NCBI GenBank assembly: GCA_951406725.2
Contig: OX597820.1
Coordinates: 20,770,001-20,834,000, forward strand
Length of the DNA: 64,000 nucleotides
Direction: 5' to 3'
DNA from: Octopus vulgaris
Lineage: Eukaryota
This document shows, piece by piece, positions 1 through 11,407 of this stretch (positions within the stretch are counted from its first letter, which is position 1; the number at the start of each line of letters is the position of its first letter). The translations under genes were made by a program, and so were the position numbers. The notes under the pieces were generated by a model. It saw nothing but the letters and a program-made list of their open reading frames with translations, was not told the origin of the DNA and did no database searches.

Positions 1-29
1 GTGGTAGTGGTGGTTGAGGTAGTATTGAT

Positions 30-525
30 AGTGATGCAAAAGATGATGATGATTATGATGATGATGATGACGATGATGATGATGATGATGAAGACGGTGA
101 TGATGATGAAGACGATGATGATGATGATGATGATGATGATGAAGACGATGATGATGATGATGATGACGATGATGATGATGATGATGACGACGACGACGAC
201 GATGATGATGATGACGATGATGATGATGATGATGATGACGACGACGACGACGATGATGATGATGATGAGAGGGTGAAGGAGGAATGGCGAGAAAGAGAAG
301 AATAGGAGAAGAGGGAGAGGGAGCGGAAAAATGTGATGGATGAGAGTAACGATGGTAATACTGCTCATGATGATGATGATGATGATGTTGATGAAGACGA
401 TGATGATGATGAAGACGATGCTGATGATGAAGACGATGATGATGATGAAGACGATGATGATGATGATGATGATGACGACGACGACGACGATGATGACGAC
501 GACGACGATGATGATGATGACGATG

Positions 526-557
<32 letters not shown>

Positions 558-750
558 GACGACGACGACGACGATGATGACGACGACGACGATGATGATG
601 ATGGTGGTGATGATGATGATGATGACGATGATGACGATGACGATGACGATGATGACGATGACGATGATGATGATGATGATGATGACGACGACGATGATGA
701 TGATGACGACGATGATGGTGTTGACGATGTTGAGGATAACGATGACCATG
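30..750. repeat. (GAT/GAC)n trinucleotide microsatellite
   Basis: Long gatgatgac arrays; source of the poly-D and poly-M ORFs. Confidence 0.95.
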
Positions 751-1189
751 GATGATGAAAATGTTTGCCAAGGATTCAATCCCGCTCCCTTGCTCCCCCG
801 TCACCCCCTATATCTCTCTCCCACCTTCTCTCTTTCTCTACCCACTCTCTCTCTCTCTGTCCACTCACTCTTTCCTTCTCTCTCCATCTCTCTCTATCTC
901 TCTCCCCACCTCTTTCCTTCTTTTAGTTGAAACAGCTGCGTTAGTTTCCTTTAAACGACACAGTTGCCAAGCAACAGGTACCATTTTTTGATCTCTGCCT
1001 TTTCTCCCTCTTATGATAGACATATGATAAGTTACTGCAACAACAGCCAAAATACCAATAAATATTATGGCTACTCATGTTTTCTAATCACATTGAGCAA
1101 TAACTCAAATTATCCAACGAAAGATCTTCTAGGTGGTCGTCCTGAACAGCTGGAAATAACAGCAGAACGTCTCTCAAGCCACACCGTAA

Positions 1190-1464
1190 TAGTAGCCATA
1201 TTTCGTCTACCGTTACGTTCTGAGTTCAAATTCTACCGAGGTTGACTTTGCCTTTCATCCTTTTGGGGACGATAAATTAAGTTCCAGTTGCGTATTGGGT
1301 TCGATCTAATCAACTGGCCCCCTCCCTCAAAATTTCGGGCCTTGTGCCAAGAGTAGAAAAGAACCGCTAGCACCATTCTCTCCTCAAAAATGTCTGCCCT
1401 TGTGAAAAAATTTGAAATAATAATAATAATAATAATAATAATGATAATAATAATAATAATAATA

Positions 1465-1527
<63 letters not shown>

Positions 1528-1925
1528 GAAGGCGGCGAGCTGGCAGAAACGTTAGCATGCCGGGCGAAATGCTTAGCGGTATTTCGTCTGCCGCTACGTT
1601 CTGAGTTCAAATTCCGCCGAGGTCGACTTTGCCTTTCATTCTTTCGGGGTCGATAAATAAGTACCAGTTACACATTGGGGTCGATATAATCGACTTAATC
1701 CGTTTGTCTGTCTTTGTTTGTCCTCTCTGTGTTTAGCCCCTTGTGTGTAGTAAAGAAATAGGTATTTCTTCTGCCGCGGCCTTGCGAGTTCAAATTCCGC
1801 AAAGGTCGACTTTTGCCTTTCAGCTTTCGGGGTCGATTAAATAAGTACCAGTTACACACTGGAGTCAATGTAATCGACTATTCCCCTTCCCTCAAATTTC
1901 AGGCCTTGTGCCTACTGCAAAAAGG
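1190..1925 (+). mobile_element. Cluster of three tRNA-derived SINE copies (family A) around an (AAT)n/(ATT)n tract
   Basis: Head GGCGGCGAGCTGGCAGAAACGTTAGC at ~1530, B-box GAGTTCAAATTCC and body GTCGACTTTGCCTTTCATCCTTTCGGGGTCGA; many further copies in the window. Confidence 0.9.
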
Positions 1926-2381
1926 TTTATCATCATCATCATCATCATCATCACCACCACCACCACCACCACCACCACATCATGAAGAATTACATTAGAC
2001 ATTTATGCATGCAATATATTTTTAGGAACATTAAAGACTATTAAATGTATCTGTTACAAGAGACGGGGTTTTTTTAAATGAAGTTCGCATTGAAGAGATG
2101 TAAAATTTATTCAGTTTCTGAATTTTCTCTTTAAGCAGAGATAATTGTTTAACAGTTTAACATACTTCGATAAATTTAATCTTTCCATGTTTCACCGAAT
2201 TTTGAATTTGGCAGACTCTCAGCGTCAAACACGATTAAATGAATGTTTCTAGTTGATTTCCGTTTATATGAAGTGGGTGTTAGGAATTTAGTAAATGTAG
2301 ATCGTTGCATTGATTTTCTGACAACCATCTCCTTATTCCAAACATGATATAAGAGAAGGGTTCTAACAACATTTTCTACCG

Positions 2382-2501
2382 ATGTACGAATCATTCCGAC
2401 TAAGAAAGCACCGGTTCTCGTCCGATCACCGAAGTTAAGCAACGTTGAGCCTCGTTTGTACTTAGATTGATGACCGCTTGGGAAACCAAGGTGCTGTAAG
2501 C
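2382..2501 (+). pseudogene. 5S rRNA-derived copy, probably a pseudogene
   Basis: GAAAGCACCGGTTCTCGTCCGATCACCGAAGTTAAGCAACG...GTACTTAGATTGATGACCGCTTGGGAAACCAAGGTGCTGTAAGC matches metazoan 5S. The 5' end and box C are diverged, there is no oligo-T terminator, and the copy is solitary. Confidence 0.85.
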
Positions 2502-2515
2502 GTCACACGTTTATA

Positions 2516-2940
2516 GGCATAGGAGTGGCTGTGTGGTAAGTAGCTTGGTTACCAACCACATGGTTCTGGGTTTAGTCCCACTGTGTGGCACCTTGGGCAA
2601 GTGTCTTCTGCTATAGCATCGGGCCGACCAAGGCTTTGTGAGTGGATTTGGTAGACGTAAACTGAAAGAAGCTCGTCGTATATATGTATATATGTATATA
2701 TATGTGTGTGTGTGTGTGTATGTTTGTGTGTCTGTTTGTCCCCCAACATCGCTTGACAACCGATGCTGGTGTGTTTACGTCCCCGTAACTTAGCGGTTCG
2801 GCAAAACAGACCGATAGAATAAGTACCAGGCTTCCAATGAATAAGCCCTGGGGTCGATTTGCTCGACTAAAGGCGGTGCTCCAGCATGGCTACAGTCAAA
2901 TGACTGAAACAAGTGAAGAGAGTAAAAGAGTAAAAGAGGT
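2516..2940 (+). mobile_element. Full-length tRNA-derived CORE-like SINE (family B)
   Basis: A/B-box head GGAGTGGCTGTGTGGTAAG...GGTTTAGTCCC, CORE-like CACCTTGGGCAAGT, internal (TA/TG)n, 3' stem-loop and GAGTAAAA repeats. Confidence 0.9.
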
Positions 2941-3782
2941 ATTAAGTCACGCATTTAAGGATACGGGGAATTGTCGTTGTTATTTTTTGTTGTTGTTGAT
3001 GATGATGTTGTATAAACTTAGGTTAGCCCTCATCAAGCAGACTGATCGTTAAACTCATTCCCACGGTGACCACCCCGTCTTTTCTTAGAAGCATGGAAAA
3101 CTAGACTATCTAAACTATCATATTTACTGCTTTCAGTCACTGGACTGCGACTACGTTGGGCCACTGCCTTGAAGATTTAGCCATATAAATCGACTCCCAC
3201 CTTCACGCCACCATTATGTTTCGTTAAACTCTGATAGTTATTCTATCCTTCATTTTGCCGAATAGCTAACTTATAGGGCGAAAACAAACCAATACCGATT
3301 GCCAAGACACATAAACACCCACCCACCCACATGCACAATTAAAGATGTGATTTTTCTCCAATTCTTATTCTTGCTGTCTTATACTCTGAAATTTTTGAAA
3401 TTCTTCTAAGCATTATTTGAATTTACTTGTCATACATGAAGAATTACCTTGGATAATAATCCTACTTGCATTTATTGGTATCTGATTCTTTGATATAGTC
3501 GACCAAATTCATTTAGGCACTGAGTACTTATATAGATATCTGCCTGGATTTATTAATTCCCGTAACTTAGCGGTTCGGCAAAATGGACCGATAGAAAAAG
3601 TATTGGGCTTATACAGAATAAGTCTTTGGGTCGATTTGCTCGACTAAAGGCGGTGCTCCAGCATGCTCGCAGTCAAATGACTGAAACAAGTAAAAGAGTA
3701 AAAGAGTAATTAATAATCAAAATTATACAGAATATGCCGTCTGATTTAATAAATATATAGCCTTAGCCGCTATTGATGTTAT

Positions 3783-3846
<64 letters not shown>

Positions 3847-4190
3847 CAGCAACAGAAGAAGAATGGAGGGAGAGTAGGAAGAAAAATAAATATGGAAAAG
3901 AAGGGAAGTGGAGGAGAGAAAGATATTGGGGCGCAGAGAAATGGCTAATGGGAGAAAAGGAGGAAAGGAGATGGCCGGATTTCGATGAAGAAGAAGACGG
4001 AAAACGAGGGAGAGAGAGAGAAATATGAGGGAAGGAGAATAATGATGAAGGAGAAGTAAAACGGAAGAAGGGAAAGAAAATGATGAAGGAGGAGAAGGAA
4101 ACAAAGTGTTGTTACCAATTATCGATGAGGTCTTTACTCAAATACTTGAGCCTGGAATTGTGAAATACCGAGATATTTCATATATCACAA

Positions 4191-4227
<37 letters not shown>

Positions 4228-4252
4228 TGCTTTCTCTCAGTCTGTCTATCTG

Positions 4253-4291
<39 letters not shown>

Positions 4292-4364
4292 GTAGAAAAA
4301 TTAGGGAAATTGTCTACCGGTGGCTAATATGTATAAAATAGTCAATAGACAACATATTTTTCAT

Positions 4365-4810
4365 ATAAAATTAGTGTACATTTATACACAAAAAGAGGTG
4401 ATCCTAACAGGATACCTTACATGCTAAAAAGAGCAGTCAAAGCCCAAACCACGGCTAAGAGTAATTTCGAAGGGGATGAAAAAAATATATTTTCACTAGT
4501 TACCACTTGTACCTATGTCTCGAACATCATTGAACAAATAAAATAATTTGCTATGCGTATTCTCATCAGCAAAGGCACTACAAATAACATATAATTATGA
4601 GAGAAATAGACAGCACATGTCTCATCTTTATAGAGATGAGGCATGATGTTCGAAACCTAGGTGCAAGTGGTAACTATTGAAAATGTCTTTTTATTTTTCA
4701 TCCCTTTCAAAATTACTGTTAACCGTAGTTTGGGCTTTGACTGCTCCTTTTAGCATGGAAGGTGTCCTGTTAGGGTCACCTTTTTTGTGTATAAATGTAC
4801 ATTAGTTGTA
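4365..4810. repeat. ~170-bp-arm inverted repeat with HHR remnants (PLE-like)
   Basis: 4365-4530 is the reverse complement of ~4642-4810. The minus strand reads CTGATGA-gaat...gttc-GAGA-catagg-TA; the plus arm reads gttc-GAAA-CCTAGG-T. Confidence 0.75.
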
Positions 4811-4879
4811 TATATATAAAGACGCCATGATAGATCGTTAGCTACTACACACATTTTTTCCTCTCGTTTTTTCTGTGTC

Positions 4880-4918
4880 TCTTTTCTGTAGAAGAGCGTA
4901 GGCTCGAAACGTAAAAGA
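4880..4918 (+). ncRNA. Minimal type I hammerhead-like motif inside a ~190-bp element (4820-5010) set in (TA)n
   Basis: tctttt-CTGTAGA-a-gagc-gtag-gctc-GAAA-CG-TA-aaaga: stems I and II pair, stem III is the palindrome ACGT, and the core has an A6>U mismatch. Confidence 0.6.
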
Positions 4919-5007
4919 CTTTTTCTATTCCTGAGCGTTATACTAATACATCTGTTTGTTTTATACACCACCTGTCTTCGTCTTTTGCTGCTTTTTTCGT
5001 AAATTCT

Positions 5008-5058
<51 letters not shown>

Positions 5059-5094
5059 CAAATATATCATTATGTATGTTTATTCTTCTATTCT

Positions 5095-5470
5095 TTTACT
5101 TTTTTCAGTCATGTTGGAGCACCGCCTTTAGTCGAATAAATCGACCCCAGGGCTTATTCTTTGTAAGCTTAGAACTTTTTGTATCGATTTCCTTTGCCGC
5201 ACCGCTAAGGTACGGGTACGTAAACACACCAACATCGGTTGCCAAGTGATAGTGGGAGGGGCGGACAAACACAGACACACAAACATATATACACACACCC
5301 ATATATATAATATATATATATATATATACCACGCTTCTTTCAGTTTCCGTCCGCCAGATCCACTCACAAGGCTTTGGTCGAAGCTATAGTAGAAGACACT
5401 TGCCCAAGGTGCCATGCAGTGGGACTGAACCCGGAACCAAGGGGTTGGGAAGCAAGCTTCTTACGACACA
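5095..5470 (-). mobile_element. SINE family B copy
   Basis: Reverse complement of 2516-2940. Confidence 0.9.
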
Positions 5471-6897
5471 ACCATATCACAATATAAATCAGAGGTAAGG
5501 TAAATATTTTCCATATAAAAACATTGCAGCAGAACAAAAGTGCTGCTAGTCAAGTGTTGACTCGTAATGGATTGAATAAACAGGCTTATGACTAGCAAAT
5601 CATCTCATAATTTTTACAAGTGATTAATTGTTATAAGACAGAAGCAATTATCTTGAGTGAGCGATAACGAATGAACAGCGGTCGATAAAATTAATCACTC
5701 CGTCTCTGTCACACTCTCTTGCTCTGTCTCCCTCTTTCTCTTTCTCTCTCTCTCTCTCTCCACTTCCCCCTCTCCATCTCTCTCTCTCTCTCTCCTTCCT
5801 CCTTCTCTTCGCAACAGTTACTTTTTTGCATCCATTTACATTTTTTTACATCAGTGCTTTTGCATGAATGTAATTCCATATGAGACGCATTTTTTTCCCT
5901 CCAAAAATGTCTCGAAATATCACCCGGAGTCCAATATGCGAAGTTGCTTTAAATGTTCTAATGCACTAAAATTTTTCTTCCTAAATATATGCTGCCGAAA
6001 TTAGAGTGCATTCAATATGTACGTGCGTCTTTTATGCCTTCAAATACGGTATATTGAAGTCGGCTGTTGCAGCTCCCAAGAGATTTATTCTCTGTAAAAG
6101 ATTGATTTAGAATACAAATAACTGAAAGATACCACCAAGTAGATAGGCATGGCAGTTTAAACTAGCTCAATGTGGCTGTGATTAACAGAAAATAGCAGAT
6201 GAAACCTTTCTGCAAACGAAGACTAATTCAGTAATTGCTGCCCCACTGAGACGAAGCATACAGGCTCGTGGACGAAAAGCTCGTAAGCTTGAGATACCTG
6301 CTGACGATTCAAACAAGAATACTAACATTGTGATGGCTTTAGTCACCACCAGAAGAAGAGCTTACATTATATCTAGGTTGCTCCTGCAGCTTTTGTGTGG
6401 GGCAAATAATTTCTGATGTTTATTTCACCCAATGGTTTTTTTCGTATATTTTCTTTGATTAGGGCATTCTGGTATCTTTTATCCTTTGCTTTTTCTGACA
6501 TGCATTCTATAAGCACTTCAACAAACTGACAATAGGAACTGTGACATTTGTGCTCTGTTAGAAGGAATTAGCTAAGTAAATGAGTTAAAACGACAGGCAA
6601 GTGTGTGTGTGTATGTGTGTGATGTGTGTATGCAAGTGTGTAAAGATATATATACACGCAACACATCTAGAGATAAAATACAATATATATATATACGACG
6701 GGCTTCTTTTCAGTTTCCTCTACCAAATCCACTTACAAGGCTTTAGTCGGCCCGAGGCTATAGTAGAGGACACTTGTCCAAGGTGCCACGCAGTGGGACT
6801 GAACCCGAAGCCATATGTGGTTGGTAAGCAAAAATCAGCTCCTTAGTCAAAGGAAGAATTAAAATTATGAAGAACAGAAGGGAACATACGTGTGCAT

Positions 6898-6962
<65 letters not shown>

Positions 6963-7813
6963 ATGTGCGTGTGCCTGTGTGTGTATGTATGTGTGTTGGT
7001 ATAATTTGGTAATGAGGAAATGTTTCATCTGAAGACAGCGTCTACAATGCTTCGATTTTTTTCTTATTAATTTGAAATAAATTACATTCATTTCAATCCA
7101 ACAATGTTGCAGGCCATGAAAAATTTTTAAAAATGAAAGAAAATGTGAATTAATGCAGAAGAAACAAGCCCCAAATCCATCATAGTCGCCGTTGACTATA
7201 TGATGGCTACATTATGATAACTTAAGTCCGCCAGAACGACAGCCATATATAACGTATATTCGTTGGCGTCAACATATTGATGCCGAAACATGATTCTTAC
7301 CATGCTGTCTCTAGAACCGTTATCATTAGCCACCACGACGCGCAAACAAATTCCTTAACGATTATTTTATTTGGAGCTTCAAAGCTCTTCTCCTCTCCGT
7401 TCCGCTATTAATGTTACATTGCTGCTGTTTTTATCACCATGGCTGTTGTTGCTGTTTTTATCACCATGGTCGTTGTTGCTGTTGTTATTGATAATCTGTG
7501 ATCACCAATTATTTCCCCGTCGTCCTGGTTAAAAGTAATTACACTCAACTGGCATTTTGTTCTTTGTGAAAATGCAGGAAAAAAGCATTATGTTTTTTGA
7601 AATGTGCTTCGTGGAAGCTGTCAACAATTCAATATGTTTTGTATTTATTCAAAATGTATGACATTTTGTTTTAACAATATTAAGGGCCAAAATATCTATG
7701 TATACTCATATATATGTATATGTATGTTTGTATATGCTTACGTGTATACGTACGTATGTATATATGTATATATGTGTGCGTGTATATGTATATATATATA
7801 TATACATACATAT

Positions 7814-7874
<61 letters not shown>

Positions 7875-7942
7875 CATATTGAAATATATATATATATATG
7901 TGTGTATGTATATGTATGTGTATATGTATATATATATATATA

Positions 7943-8803
7943 CGGTGGTACCTTTACTTACGAGTGTCCTAACTAACGAGTTTTTCGAGATACGAGCCGT
8001 CTTTCGGCCGATTTTTTGCTTTGAGTTGCGTGCTTAAATTCGGGTTACGAGCCAGCTACAGATACCCCATCGTTAGTTGGCATAGCGAACACCATATTGA
8101 ACGCCATAACATCCGCCCAGTATCCCGTGTCTCACTCGATAGCGAGACAGATATGTACATTAGCAAATGCGAAGATCATTAGTAGATCGATAGCTAGATA
8201 GACATGAGCGCCAGCAAGTGCAGAGATCGTTAGTGGATCGTTAGCTAGACGGGTGTTAAAATGCTAGCTTAGTCGTTGCAGGCGACAGAAGCATCAGTGT
8301 TGTGCTCTCAATTGTGCTTGCCGTTATTTTGCAAAACTTCGATTTTCTAAATATGGGTCCAAAGAAAATGAGTGCGAAGGACAGTGGCGAGAAGAAGAAG
8401 CGGATGATGTCTATTGAATTAAAGAAAAATTTATTGAAAAACATGACCAAGATGTGCGTGTAGTGGACGTGGCGAAGCATTATGAGTGTAGCACTTCTAC
8501 GATCTGCACCATACTGATGCAGAAGGAGTCGATAAAGGCTAAAATGCCAGCTAAGGGCGTTAAGATAATTTCTAAACAGCGGACATCTATCCATGAAAAT
8601 ATGGTGAATCTGCTGATGGTGTGATTGACGGAGAAGCAGCTCAGAGGAGATACCGTGACGGAGGCCATAATCTGCGAGAATGCACGATCTATTTACGCTG
8701 ATTTGCTGCAGCAGATCCCTAGCACTTGTACGGACGAAGCATTGGGCGAGCCGTTTAAAATTAGTCGGGGCTGGTTCGAGAATTTGAAAAAAAGGACCGG
8801 CAT
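7943..8803 (+). mobile_element. Tigger/pogo DNA transposon, 5' part, with decayed transposase from ATG 8353
   Basis: TA|CGGTGGTACCTTTACTTACGAG TIR. MGPKKMSAKDSGEKKKRMMSIELKK...STSTICTIL...SRGWFENLKKRTGI corresponds to CENP-B-type HTH domains, with frameshift and stop. Confidence 0.85.
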
Positions 8804-8804
8804 T

Positions 8805-9133
8805 TACCCTCTTTTTCTTTTACGAGATTGGCGGCAGTGTGTCCCTGGAAAAAGTATACAATATTTGCGAGTAGAATTAGTTCTTCATCACTAGACAGCG
8901 ATTAACACACGCTGAGGACGTATGTATCACGTAAGGCTAGAAATGGGAGCGATGACCTCCTTTACAAATACTAATCGGACACAGATTGCGTGTCGTTAGC
9001 CAGGTGGAGGAGATGTCTTCCTGGGGCTAAAAATAACAGTAGTACTGTCCTGTATAGGACGCCTCATTTAATTGGCAACTATTTTACGATTCTGTACTGT
9101 TTATATCTCGCTCGGAGATTTAATATAACATAT
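8805..9133. repeat. ~330-bp dispersed unit; related copies at 10105-10247, ~14925-15000 and ~35536-35635 (reverse)
   Basis: Shared GGGGCTAAAAATAACAGTAGTACTGTCCTGTATAGGACGCC core. Confidence 0.7.
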
Positions 9134-9135
9134 AT

Positions 9136-9204
<69 letters not shown>

Positions 9205-9506
9205 CAAAATAGGACTAGAACGCAAAACATCCGGACAACTAGGTGATACAAAAAGGGACAACAAAACATCCAGATAGACGATATAAAAAAACAAGGACGG
9301 GTCATTCGAAGCCCTTTATACTCAGTCAAGAACCGGATCATCCTCGCAATTTCGGCTGATTAATCTTGAGATTGCTCCAATCTGGCCAGCCCCAAGGAAA
9401 AACTAAGCTACGGGCATTAGATTCCTTGGATAAAAGCATCGAATGTATACGGAAACAAGGACGGAAAAACACGATGTTACACGAATATAAATACAATAAA
9501 TATAAA

Positions 9507-9586
<80 letters not shown>

Positions 9587-9664
9587 CAACAACAAAACAG
9601 GACATAGCAACAGGCGTCTTTCGACTGGGGACGAATTAGGGAAAGATAGATAAATGATAGATAG

Positions 9665-9725
<61 letters not shown>

Positions 9726-10265
9726 GATAGAGAGAAAGAGAGAGAGATAGAAGGATTGATAGATATTGTCTGCGTGAACTTCTTGGTTATTATTTATAAT
9801 TATTAACTTCCTAGTGTGTACAAGAATGTCATTATATATCTCTCTTAATTTAGTAATTCAAACAACAAATTTACGAAGAATATATATTTACTTTGGCTTC
9901 TCGTCGTCCTGAGACGTAATGTCAATAAACATACTGTCGCAATATTAATAACATTAATTGGATAATTATTTGCCTCTAGAAGATTCTTCCAAAGTACATA
10001 TTTATTTGGGATGTTACCAACTTCGCGGCTGTAAGAAAGTTAACAGTGTTTATATGCATCTCTGTACGCACACACACACACACACACACCTATATATATA
10101 TATACAACAGTAGCACTGTCCTGTATAGGACGCCACATTTAGTTGGCGAATATATTTTACCGATTCCGTACTGTTACTGTTTATATCTCGCTCAGAGATT
10201 TAATATAACATATCTCTCTCTTTTACGAGATTAGCGGCAGTGTGTCATATATATGACACACTGCT

Positions 10266-10312
<47 letters not shown>

Positions 10313-10387
10313 TATCATATAAGAATTTTTTGCGTAATAAGATAAAAAGAACTAAGGCTGTATAGATATTAGAGCATTTATAGATAG

Positions 10388-10439
10388 GTCTTACAGCTGT
10401 TTCTAGGATATTTATTAATAATATCCCTCCATCGGAGAC
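10388..10439 (-). ncRNA. Degenerate type I hammerhead motif
   Basis: Minus strand GTCT-CCGATGG-agggatat-loop-atatccta-GAAA-CAGCTG-TA-AGAC. Palindromic stem III and GUA triplet; two core substitutions. Confidence 0.65.
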
Positions 10440-10752
10440 GGTGTGAGAGGAAAATTAAGTCATAGTTAGTTTAGATGTGATACAAAATAGAGAGTGAGGT
10501 GGAGGAAAGAAAATAGATGCAAGATATGTATGGGAATTGAAGTTGTAAATCCATTTTATAGGCATAATGGCATATATGCAATATTCCAATATCCTTTGAG
10601 TAAAGTCAAAAGTCCAACAGAGTTTACTATGAGTCCTTCCAAATATAGAGTTTATAAGCAATGTAAGATTCCCAGCAGATTTTTAAACTTGGTCATTCCC
10701 AGTAGAGAATTTATATGCTATCATATAAATATAGCATATAAATTATCATATG

Positions 10753-10788
<36 letters not shown>

Positions 10789-10802
10789 CATATATATATA
10801 TA

Positions 10803-11000
10803 GTTAATCCAAACAAGAAAACACAAAAAACACAACAACGCGAGGACGTGGAACAAATATAGTATTATTGGACGCTCAGGAAAGAAGGGAAGAACGTTTA
10901 GCGTTTCGAGCGGAGCTCTTCGTCGGAAACATAAGAGAAGGAAAGATCCAGAGAAGGGAAGACAAAGGGAAAAAAATCACCAACGGTACACACGAGGTCA
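10803..11000 (-). mobile_element. ~200-bp HHR-bearing element related to 4820-5010
   Basis: Minus strand gttt-CCGACGA-a-gagc-tcc-gctc-GAAA-cgct-aaac at ~10896-10930. Shares TTCCTGAGCGT...TAATAC with the 4820 element and abuts (TA)n. Confidence 0.6.
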
Positions 11001-11407
11001 CATATGATTGATTGATTGATTGATTCTAGTTTCAGCTTATGAGCTGTGGCCATGCTGGGGCACCGCCATTTGGTGTTGCTACTTGGTTTCACTTCATGGA
11101 GGCTTTCTAGCAACTGCTATTTGGTGCATGAGAGAGTTCGATGCAGCTGCCCTCATCTGCCCCTCCTGCCGTGAAGTTGGTTCATCTGGGACACCTGACA
11201 GGAAGAGATCCAGCTTCATTTTAAAGACATCTGTATCCACCCCATGCAGGTCTCTCAGGTTCTTCGGGAGGATATTGAAGAGCTGTGGGCCTCGGAAGCC
11301 CAGGCTATCACAGAATCTTGTCCTACATCTTGATGGCAGGTTTGGAGTCCTAGGCACCACGCAGTGGCGCCCAGTTCTGGCATTTGTGTAACTCTCGATG
11401 CCAAAGT

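Noticed and set aside
1-930. Poly-Met and poly-Asp ORFs
   Set aside because: Translations of (GAT)n; no non-repetitive coding content.
7260-7300. GGCGTCAA/TTGATGCC hairpin followed by GAAACATG
   Set aside because: Resembles the 3' half of an HHR but has no CUGANGA and no stem I.
7301-7420. Minus-strand donor ATG|GTAAGA suggesting an exon
   Set aside because: No good acceptor and no recognisable protein in any frame.
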